Source: a virus
IMG/VR virus record: IMGVR_UViG_3300014838_000017
Location: 1 to 64,000 of that record
DNA length: 64,000 nucleotides
Reading direction: 5' to 3' (one strand)
A program made the position numbers and the translations under genes. Below, piece after piece: positions 38,740-47,144 of the stretch (positions are counted from its first letter, which is position 1; each line of letters opens with the position of its first letter). A model generated the notes under the pieces. That model did no database searches. It was not told the origin of the DNA and was given only the letters and a program-made list of their open reading frames with translations.

Positions 38740-40299
38740 TCAATGAATGGTCCATATCCATTTTCCATTGCCACAATCCCAAATCCTATCATATCCATTA
38801 ACCTTCATATTTTCCCATTCAGATAAAGCGGGGTCAAATGATTTTAGTTTCATTTTTAATTTATGCTTTTGCCAACAGATTCTATTTTGTGTAGTCTGAT
38901 AATTATCAATGATATAATATCCATTTGGAGACGTATTTCCCATAAAGTTAAATCCGAGTTTCATATATACTTTACCGTCAAAATATCTCCGATCACTATA
39001 CGATACAATGGATGTGGGGTTATATTTTTTAAGAAAATAGGAAAATAATTTTGATGCTCCGCCGTGTATTTGATATCCCAATTTGTTACAAAATCTTCCC
39101 ATTTCATATTGTATTTTTTTATCAAATCTTGATTTTAAAAAAGTCATAACCGACATTAAGTTATTAAATTCATCAAACAATCCAAGTTTAATCGATGAGT
39201 GATCGGCTCCTTGTAAATGATTTTCCTTTAAAAAATCTACACATATCCGTGAGGATATTTCACGGACATTACATTTACGCCCGAATATGGTATTCGATGG
39301 TTTATTTAGCATAGATGAAATGACTGATTTTACAATATTTTTTTTCATTCTCCATTCATTATCCCATATATGAATGAGTCTATATCCTCGTGAAATACAA
39401 CCAGATGTTTTGTTTAAATGATATATTTTATTTTTATGTCCAAATAATTCACTGTGCCAAAGAATACTGTCACATTCAAATGCTATATTTATACTTGGTA
39501 TAACAATATCCAATTCTTTAGGTGATAGTATTTGCCGGTCGTTTATTTTTATATCAGTTGTAATATCAACTATCGATTTTATATATTCGTATATTTCACT
39601 TTGAAATGTGGATGTGTTATTTTTATCACATGACGGACATATGGGATACTTCCCATCATCGATAGAATATGATTTTATAGTACCGCATCTATTACATTTA
39701 AAAATATAATCCTGTGCCGCTACTCCTTTAAATTCATCAATTGTAAATTGGGGTGTGAAATTTACAAAATTGGGGTGTAAAGTGAATTTTTCAAATGTAG
39801 TTTTGTTATGCTTCTGTTTAAATGTCTTACTCATAGATGCATGAGGAAATCCATATTTCAATAAACAAGTTAATTTATATTTTTCTTTATATTCTTCCGT
39901 CATCATATAGTTCGTTACACCATAACGATCCATACATGTTTTTTTTGCCTTGTCTTGGTTTAAATAATTTTCATTACCATAAAGTTTAAGTTTTGTTGCC
40001 CGAACCCTATTTATCCATCCATCCGATTTGGAAACCCAATCGACTCCATATTTTTTCATTACAGAATCTTTTAAATTTTGTTTGGTAGCCTCTGTTTTCA
40101 TGGGATGCATTCCATATTTTTCCGTAAATGTTTTAACTTGAGATGCAATTATCTTTTTCTTTACATCCGGATCTGCATTTGCACATTTTTTCCCGCAATA
40201 CGTTCGTTTATTTCTTAAGTAATATGATACCGAAAATTTTGTGTGACATGTCGGACATGTTTTTTCTATGAACTCTGGTAATGTTTTAGGTCTAGCCAT
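38740..40299 (-). mobile_element. Hef-like homing endonuclease (third paralogue, antisense)
   Basis: KYG repeats, ELDIVIP..IAFECDSILWHS and GYDRIWDCG. Confidence 0.8.
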
Positions 40300-40464
40300 A
40301 ATAGAGTTTGGTTCTTATATCGTAATCAAGATTATATATGCCATGTAATACGTAAAATGTCAATAAATTATTGTTTATTAGGGTATTTATAATTGTAATT
40401 GACTACCTAATATACATATCAATGTATTAAATGTATGTCGTAACCCTATGAAAGACAACTACTT

Positions 40465-40956
40465 ATGGCTGATTTACTAACAAATAACGAAATGTTCTAT
40501 AGTTTATGGGAACCAAAAACGAAGAACCGTTTTCTCATGTATATTGATGGCATCCCAACTTATCTTATCCGCAAGACTGACCGCCCTAAGTGGAGTCAGG
40601 AGCGTAAGACGGTTGATTATATAAACTTGCAATGGTTCTATAAGGGAAAGACCACATGGGCAGAAATTTCTCTGGAACTTTACGACCCAGTCGTTCCTTC
40701 CGCTACGCAGACTGTATTCGAGTGGTTTCGTCTATCACACGAATCTGTTACTGGTCGTGATGGCTATCAAGACTTCTATAAGAAGGAGTGTACGATTGAT
40801 GTGCTTGGTCCTGTAGGCGATAAAGTGGAAGAATGGACACTTAAAGGTGCATTCCCTACCGACTACGATGGAGGCACATTGGATTGGACCGATGCTGGTG
40901 ATGCTATGACTTTAACGATAAAGCTATCCTACGATTATGCGATTTTGCAGTATTAA
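40465..40956 (+). CDS. Tail tube protein (T4 gp19-like)
   Basis: EPK.KNRF.MYIDGIP, KGKTTW..I...LYDP, W..L.HESVTGRDGY..FYKK, EEWTLKGAFP, L.YDYA.L. Confidence 0.9.
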   Translation: MADLLTNNEMFYSLWEPKTKNRFLMYIDGIPTYLIRKTDRPKWSQERKTVDYINLQWFYKGKTTWAEISLELYDPVVPSATQTVFEWFRLSHESVTGRDGYQDFYKKECTIDVLGPVGDKVEEWTLKGAFPTDYDGGTLDWTDAGDAMTLTIKLSYDYAILQY

Positions 40957-41014
40957 GTTCACTTATGATTATGATAGGATTGCTTAATCAAAGCATAATC
41001 ATAAATAAAATATA

Positions 41015-41062
41015 TTGACTTTCAAAATCCTTCTGCTATAGTTATACGTAGAAGGATTTTTT
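41015..41062 (+). promoter_or_regulatory. Sigma70-like promoter overlapping a hairpin that covers the HEG ribosome-binding site (may also terminate the tube transcript)
   Basis: TTGACT-N16-TATAGT with extended TG. Inverted repeat aaaatccttct (41024-34) / agaaggatttt (41050-60). Confidence 0.65.
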
Positions 41063-41875
41063 ATGCCCAAATACAAATGTAAGTTATGTGAAAATGTTGA
41101 GTTTAACAACTATACCTCATTGAGCCGCCATATGGGTCGGACTCACAAAATGGATACGACGCAATTCTATGTTGATTACCATTTGGAAGGTGTATGGCCA
41201 CTGTGCAAATGTGGATGTGGAGAGCGGTTGAATTATTCATATAACTTAAAGGGATTTACCGAATATCGTAAAGGTCACATTGCCCGAATAAAAAATAATT
41301 GGGGCCATAACCAAAAGGCGATAGATGCATCGGCGGAAACTCGTCGGCAGCAATATGCATCGGGTGAGCGTATTCAATGGAATAAGGGGTTGACTATTGA
41401 TGACCCACGAGTTAAAATAAACGCATCCGCCTCTGCTGCATCAATAAATTCCGACCCCGAAGAAATAAAGCGTAGGTCTGAATTGATGACACAAATAAGT
41501 CAGAATGGAGTATTAACCATATTGAATGGCCCCGCTCATCCAAATTGGAAAGGAGGTGTCTCGGAAATCAACATACTTGCTCGTAATGACCGTAGGTTAT
41601 ATGATGATTGGAAGTATCCTATTTTGATTCGGGACAAGTTTAAGTGTGTGGAGTGTGGCGGGACGGATGGTGGTTTACACATACATCACGATAAGGAGTT
41701 GATGTGTGAGATTGTGAAGAAGCACATGCCTGATGAAGACGAGATAACGGATTTTGAATTGAAGAAGTCTATTGCGTCTAAAATCGTTGATTATCACATC
41801 AACAACAAGGTATCTGGGATTACGTTATGTGGTAAGTGTCACGAAGAAAAGCATCCATCTTTGAACTTTCGATGA
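41063..41875 (+). mobile_element. HNH homing endonuclease with C2H2 and CxCGCG modules
   Basis: CKLC...H...H, CKCGCGE, HPNWKGG, RDKFKCVECG...LHIHH...GITLCGKCH...H. Confidence 0.8.
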
Positions 41876-41888
41876 TATTTATACACAT

Positions 41889-42698
41889 ATGAACAAGCTG
41901 CCAACAAAACTTTTAGAATATCTCGTTCGTCAATGCACGAGGGAAGTCCTTAATCAGATTTCAGAGGAAAAAGAATATAAGGCGAGCGAAGCCAAAGATA
42001 AAAAAAAAGTTATTAAGGCTAAGTTTGCCAAGGAGAAGGCGTTTAAGCCGAAGATCAAGAAGCTTAACGAAGACGAAGAAGAGAATACTGGAATGGCACC
42101 ACCAGCAAACGGTCAAGGAACTGCTGATGAACCCGCAATTCCAACTCCAAAAGACACGGAACCCGAAGCTCCTTCACAGCCAGAAACTCCCCAACCATCC
42201 AATGGTCCGGCGTTAATCAATCCAAAAGATAAGTCTAAACTTCAGCCTGTAAGATTTCAAGGATGTGATGAATCAGCAGTTGAACGCACATTGCATAGTT
42301 TGGCAGTGAGTGTGATTGGTCCAAGGGCGAAGGTATCTCTCGGAGCTAAACGCTTGGCTCGTGAAGCAGCATCTAATCCCAATGCTAAAATATTTTTCTA
42401 TTTCGGAAAGACTGATCCAGAATCTGAAGAAGTGTTTTTGATGGCAGATAAAAGTTTACAAATAGCCAAGGATGAATCCGTTGATCCATCCGAACTTCAA
42501 GGTGTTCCATCATCCCAACCATCCAATCCAGATGATATTAGTGCAGACTATGATCGACACAATTTGAATCACATGGATGACAGACAATATAATGCTTATC
42601 AAGCTCAGAAGATTCGTGGAACTCCTCGATATGGAATCGATGAACAAACTCATCAAATGATTAAAAAAGCGGTCAACAAAATTCTTGACAGCAAATAA
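41889..42698 (+). CDS. Hypothetical protein, possible internal head protein
   Basis: TATTTATA at 41876-41883. ISE/LNE/IDE motifs and acidic/Pro linkers. Confidence 0.6.
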   Translation: MNKLPTKLLEYLVRQCTREVLNQISEEKEYKASEAKDKKKVIKAKFAKEKAFKPKIKKLNEDEEENTGMAPPANGQGTADEPAIPTPKDTEPEAPSQPETPQPSNGPALINPKDKSKLQPVRFQGCDESAVERTLHSLAVSVIGPRAKVSLGAKRLAREAASNPNAKIFFYFGKTDPESEEVFLMADKSLQIAKDESVDPSELQGVPSSQPSNPDDISADYDRHNLNHMDDRQYNAYQAQKIRGTPRYGIDEQTHQMIKKAVNKILDSK

Positions 42699-43096
42699 TG
42701 AAAGTCACACAAAAACAGTTAAACGAACTTATCTATCTCATTACTCGTGGGGTAGTTAAGGAGTATGGTCTAATGTCTTCTCAAGATGATGAGGAAAGCA
42801 CTCAGGGAACTGCTGATACTGGAGCAAAGCCCACGGATGCTATGACTACATATGAAAAATCGAAAGCCGAGCGTGAAGCGAAGAAGAAGCAACAAGATGC
42901 TCTAAGAACTGCCAAGTTTGATTTGGATATGACAAAAAAACAAACAGATTACTTCAAGGCTCAAGATAAGAAGAATACTTTGGATATTCAGGCTAAAACC
43001 AAGAATATTCAACAGTTAAGTGGTGCTCCAAAAGGAATAGTTCCAGCGGGTGGAACGATTGCGGAAATTGTTAGAAAAGTACGTTCTAAAATATAA
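42698..43096 (+). CDS. Hypothetical protein, possible internal head protein
   Basis: MKVTQKQLNELI...VVKE N-terminus, with a TAATG overlap. Confidence 0.6.
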   Translation: MKVTQKQLNELIYLITRGVVKEYGLMSSQDDEESTQGTADTGAKPTDAMTTYEKSKAEREAKKKQQDALRTAKFDLDMTKKQTDYFKAQDKKNTLDIQAKTKNIQQLSGAPKGIVPAGGTIAEIVRKVRSKI

Positions 43097-43160
43097 AAAC
43101 GCAAAAAAGTCTTGGAAGGTCATATATATTTTCAAGACCAGTAACAACAATAACAGTTTT

Positions 43161-43988
43161 ATGGACCAAATTATTCCTATCACCCGACCATCAGTCAATC
43201 AGCCCGTTCCGCCCGCTCAAAAGGCAGAGTCTCGGTTTCCAACCGAAGTAATAAATCTTCCCTCACAAGGATGGTTTTATGCTACCGATAATCCGCTTTC
43301 TAGTGGTCAACTTGAACTTAAGATGATGACTGCCAAGGAAGAGGATATTCTTACGTCTCCCAACCTCATTCAGAAGAACATTGTGTTGGATAAACTGTTG
43401 GAATCCGTAGTTGTAAACAAGGGTATCAATCTTGATGAAATGCTCATTTGTGATAGAAATTCTGCTTTTTTTGCTATTCGCCGACTGGCTTATGGTGACC
43501 AGTATGAAGCGACTCTCACTTGTCCTCGTTGTGGTAAGGAGAATTCTATAACGATTGACCTTTCCAAGATGGATAGCCGCCCATTCGACTTTGATAAGTG
43601 TCCAAAAGGAGAGAACGCCTTTCAATTCAAACTTCCATACACGGGAAAGACTTTAACGTTTAAGCTTCTGACCAAGAAAGATGAAAATCTCATTGAGGCA
43701 GAACTGAAGGGAATGGAAAAGGTATCTAAAGACCTGCGTAAAGAAGTCACCACTCGTCTTGCTCATATCATTACTGCTGTAGATGGAAACAACAATCAAG
43801 CCGTTATTCGTCGTTTTGTTAATGAAGAACTTGTCTCCAAGGATAGTTTAGCTCTTCGCACTCATTTGCGAGAATTCATGCCCGACATTGATACCACATT
43901 TGCATTTGTGTGTAACAATTGTCAGCTTGAAAGGAAGGAGGAGACTCCTATGGGAGTTTCCTTTTTTTGGCCTAACACCGGAGTATAA
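43161..43988 (+). CDS. Baseplate hub / tail assembly chaperone (T4 gp26-like)
   Basis: INLPSQG.FY, MTAKEEDIL, R.LAYG..Y, CPRCG, FKLLT..DE, C..C and an FFWP end. Confidence 0.75.
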   Translation: MDQIIPITRPSVNQPVPPAQKAESRFPTEVINLPSQGWFYATDNPLSSGQLELKMMTAKEEDILTSPNLIQKNIVLDKLLESVVVNKGINLDEMLICDRNSAFFAIRRLAYGDQYEATLTCPRCGKENSITIDLSKMDSRPFDFDKCPKGENAFQFKLPYTGKTLTFKLLTKKDENLIEAELKGMEKVSKDLRKEVTTRLAHIITAVDGNNNQAVIRRFVNEELVSKDSLALRTHLREFMPDIDTTFAFVCNNCQLERKEETPMGVSFFWPNTGV

Positions 43989-44208
43989 GGGTCAGCTTCA
44001 CGATCTCGTTTTCGACCTCGTTCATTACGGCAAAATTGAATATTTTGCCGCTTATGATATGCCTGTTCAGTATCGAATGTTTTACATTCGTAAACTCATA
44101 AGCATTAAGGAAAAAGAGAAGAATGATATTGAAAAAGCATCTTCGTCTGCAAGGGAGGCTCCATCCCAAGGAAAAATTGTAAAAGGACCGAGTGTTAACA
44201 GAGGTTAA
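43963..44208 (+). CDS. Chaperone extension (gp51/GT-like), probably reached by frameshift
   Basis: +1 frame FFGLTPEYK..LH..VF.L..YG......YDMPV..R.FYI.KL begins at a T7 run and has no credible start of its own. Confidence 0.6.
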   Translation, partial: FFGLTPEYKGQLHDLVFDLVHYGKIEYFAAYDMPVQYRMFYIRKLISIKEKEKNDIEKASSSAREAPSQGKIVKGPSVNRG

Positions 44209-44467
44209 CGGCGAAAACGATTATCCACGCAACCAATGCAAGCCCCCACAGGCATATCCACACGGTTTTCATTGCGGTCTTGACTCTTTGCTCGCAGTCA
44301 TTGTAAAGACAGTAGTATTCGTAAAGATAGCCCTTTATCCATTCTCCAAAAATTGGGGCAATCATAGCTCCAATGAACACTGTAATCATGCAAACCACGG
44401 CTCCTGCGCCGATTCTACGGTAAATTGCGTGTTCCCACTCGGTTATTGGGTCTCTTTCGTCATTCAT
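44195..44467 (-). CDS. Small two-TM membrane protein (antisense insertion)
   Basis: Two hydrophobic segments and its own promoter immediately upstream. Confidence 0.6.
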   Translation of the reverse strand: MNDERDPITEWEHAIYRRIGAGAVVCMITVFIGAMIAPIFGEWIKGYLYEYYCLYNDCEQRVKTAMKTVWICLWGLALVAWIIVFAVNLC

Positions 44468-44473
44468 ACCTCC

Positions 44474-44502
44474 ACTATACTTCATTTTTATAATCTTGTC
44501 AA
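44474..44502 (-). promoter_or_regulatory. Sigma70 promoter for the membrane protein gene
   Basis: Minus-strand TTGACA-N17-TATAGT, 6 nt before the ATG. Confidence 0.75.
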
Positions 44503-44545
44503 TAGCGAAAAGTCATCGGTTGTCCCTATTTATAAATGATAACAT

Positions 44546-47131
44546 ATGGCCGATCCATTAATACATCAGGATAAAGCGAATATTGAGCAAGCAAAGGCAA
44601 TGCTTGATATTCAAGTATTGATAACAGAGAATATCAAGAAGCAACAAAATCTTTTTCAAGACATCGGGCGAATCAATAAAGACGTTGCGGCTCAAGTGAA
44701 TGCTCGTGGAGAAGATGAAAAGAAAATGATAGATGTTATTAGTGCAAAAACTGTGCTCTATTATCAAGAACTTCAACGGGGTAATAATATTCAAAGCGAA
44801 ACTGTAACAAAAGCGTATCTTAAAAACCTAGCAAATATTAAAGATTCTATGAAAAGAGCCAAGGAACAATTGGCTATATCTCGGGAAATAAGTAAGCTTC
44901 AGATTTCTATGGAGCAGAAGCGGCACGAGGAAGATACAAAGTGGATAAAGTTTTCAACGAGTAAATTTAAAGAAATGACTGGTTTGAAAACGACCGAATT
45001 CGATATGACTAAGAATATCGGAGATCAACTGATTAAGAATGGAATTGAATCTGAAGCAATAGCCTATACGTTTAGTGCTATATTAGTTATGGTAAAGAGC
45101 ACGTATGATTTATTCAATAAATTAGATTTGTCGGCGTTTGCATTTAGAAAAGTGATGGGTATGACTCGAATTGAATCTCAATTTATTCGCAAAGATGCCC
45201 AAGACATTGCCATTTCATACATGGCAATGGGTGTAACCATTGATGGGGTTTATAAGTCTTATGCTGCTATTGGACGAGTGGTGGGTGGAGTTCATAATGT
45301 TACAAAAGATATGGCTCGGGATGTTTCTTTAATGTCCTCCCAACTCGGAATATCCGAAGAATTAAGTGTGGGGTTGCTAAGTAATTTGGCGGCGGTTTCG
45401 AATAGCACTATAGAGTCACAGACAAATATGCTTGGAATGGCACAATCACTTTCATCTGCCGCAGGAGTTCCATTGGCTGATGTAATGAAGGATGTTTCGA
45501 GTAGGTCTCAGACTACTTTGACTATGATGTCTCGTATGCCAATCGTGGCATTGAGAACTTCTATTGAATTGCATCGTATGGGAACATCAATGGAAGAAGC
45601 GTCTAAGTCGAGTCGCCACATTCTTGATTTCTCTGAGAATATTAACGAGGAAATGAATGCATCGGTGCTTTTGGGAAGGTCGATTAATTTACAACGTGCT
45701 CGTGAATTGGCATATCATAGAGACATTGAAGGCTCCACCAAGGAAATTCTTCGTATTACAAAATCCATTGGATTTGCACAACTTGATACATTCCAACAAG
45801 AAGCATTTGCAACGGCAACGGGTAAGAGTGTTGATGAATTGATGAGAATGCTTCAGACCGATAAACAGATTGCATTAATTAGGAATGGAACCGATGCTAA
45901 AGCCAAGGAGGAGCTTGCTACTTACGAAAAAATGCGTATGGAAAACGAAGCCACTGCTAAATTACGAGCTGAAGATTCAATGACTACGATCCGAACAATG
46001 CTTAACCAAGAGAGAATTTCACAGATTACTAACCACTGGAACCAACTTTTAGCTAAAGCTGAACAGTTCTTACTTCCAATTGTTGATTTGATGCTTCGGG
46101 GTGCATTAGCCATTATAGATTGGGTTCCAGCCATTATGGCATTCTCAATGCCATTGGGACGAGTAATAAAAGATTTAGCTGTATGGATTTTATCTGGAGA
46201 AAGAATTGCCAAATCATTTGATTCGATTGGAAGTTTTGTGATGAAATTTGGAAAAGTGTTTGATGGTGTTGCCGGTATTGTTTTAAGAATTGGTACGGGA
46301 GTATCTAAGTTTGTGGGGGGACTTGGAAAAGCGTTTGGAGTTTTTGGAAAACTTTTAGGGTTTGCGGGCATTTTTGCTAAATGGGTTCCAGTTCTTGGAT
46401 GGATTATTATGGCATTTCAGTTTATCAGTAGTTTGATTACAAGGATTTCCAATGCTGGATTTGTAAAAGGTGATTTAGGGGGTAACATACTGAAAGGATT
46501 AAAAGCGGTGGGGTTAGCCATTTATGATGTATTAATTGCCCCGTTTGCTAATGCCTTCAAATGGATATGGCACTTATTGGGACTTGGAATTGTAAAAGGT
46601 ATTGTTGGTATTGGGTCTATGCTGTTCAATGCTATAATTGCCCCGTTTGCTAATGCCTTCAAATGGATATGGCACTTATTCGGCGGACATTCACCATCTC
46701 TTTTGGGACTTGGAATTGTAAAAGGTATTGTTGGTATTGGGTCTATGCTGTTCAATGCTATAATTGCACCGTGGAGAATGGCATTTGGATGGATCGCAAA
46801 CAAATTTGCTGGTATAGGTCGATTTTTTGGTCGTATTTTTGGGAGACATGATTCGGTGGAGAAAAAAGCACAAGCTGCTTATGTTACGGCGGTTAAAGTG
46901 ACTCCAAATGGAACGACCATTGAAACTCCTACCGCAAAATCTACTTCCGTCAAGAAAAAAGACGATGATTCAATTATTGGAATGACTGAAGAGACGGGTA
47001 AGAAAATGTTAGCATTGCTTGAGAAAATTCTAACGAAGGATACAAGCATTCGTATGGATGGTCAGTTACTTAGCTCTACCTTGGCTCGACAAACCGAGTT
47101 TAAGGGAGGTTACGGAGTTAACAAGGTATAA
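44546..47131 (+). CDS. Tape measure protein
   Basis: Long helical protein with a hydrophobic Gly/Phe-rich repeat region. Follows the chaperone genes. TATTTATA at 44527-44534. Confidence 0.8.
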   Translation: MADPLIHQDKANIEQAKAMLDIQVLITENIKKQQNLFQDIGRINKDVAAQVNARGEDEKKMIDVISAKTVLYYQELQRGNNIQSETVTKAYLKNLANIKDSMKRAKEQLAISREISKLQISMEQKRHEEDTKWIKFSTSKFKEMTGLKTTEFDMTKNIGDQLIKNGIESEAIAYTFSAILVMVKSTYDLFNKLDLSAFAFRKVMGMTRIESQFIRKDAQDIAISYMAMGVTIDGVYKSYAAIGRVVGGVHNVTKDMARDVSLMSSQLGISEELSVGLLSNLAAVSNSTIESQTNMLGMAQSLSSAAGVPLADVMKDVSSRSQTTLTMMSRMPIVALRTSIELHRMGTSMEEASKSSRHILDFSENINEEMNASVLLGRSINLQRARELAYHRDIEGSTKEILRITKSIGFAQLDTFQQEAFATATGKSVDELMRMLQTDKQIALIRNGTDAKAKEELATYEKMRMENEATAKLRAEDSMTTIRTMLNQERISQITNHWNQLLAKAEQFLLPIVDLMLRGALAIIDWVPAIMAFSMPLGRVIKDLAVWILSGERIAKSFDSIGSFVMKFGKVFDGVAGIVLRIGTGVSKFVGGLGKAFGVFGKLLGFAGIFAKWVPVLGWIIMAFQFISSLITRISNAGFVKGDLGGNILKGLKAVGLAIYDVLIAPFANAFKWIWHLLGLGIVKGIVGIGSMLFNAIIAPFANAFKWIWHLFGGHSPSLLGLGIVKGIVGIGSMLFNAIIAPWRMAFGWIANKFAGIGRFFGRIFGRHDSVEKKAQAAYVTAVKVTPNGTTIETPTAKSTSVKKKDDDSIIGMTEETGKKMLALLEKILTKDTSIRMDGQLLSSTLARQTEFKGGYGVNKV
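46533..46768 (+). repeat. Exact internal duplication in the tape measure gene (A-B-A-X-B)
   Basis: IAPFANAFKWIWHL and LGLGIVKGIVGIGSMLFNAIIAP are each encoded twice by essentially identical DNA. Confidence 0.9.
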
Positions 47132-47144
47132 GATACTTATAGAT

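Noticed and set aside
37392-38746. Stop-codon reassignment suggested by open frames after TAA at 37394 and 38671
   Set aside because: TAA, TGA and TAG all end well-defined genes elsewhere in the window. The 24-codon run after 38671 could be chance.
44192-44539. Plus-strand 115-aa ORF between the chaperone and tape measure genes
   Set aside because: The minus-strand ORF has a consensus promoter and TM segments. The plus frame has neither.
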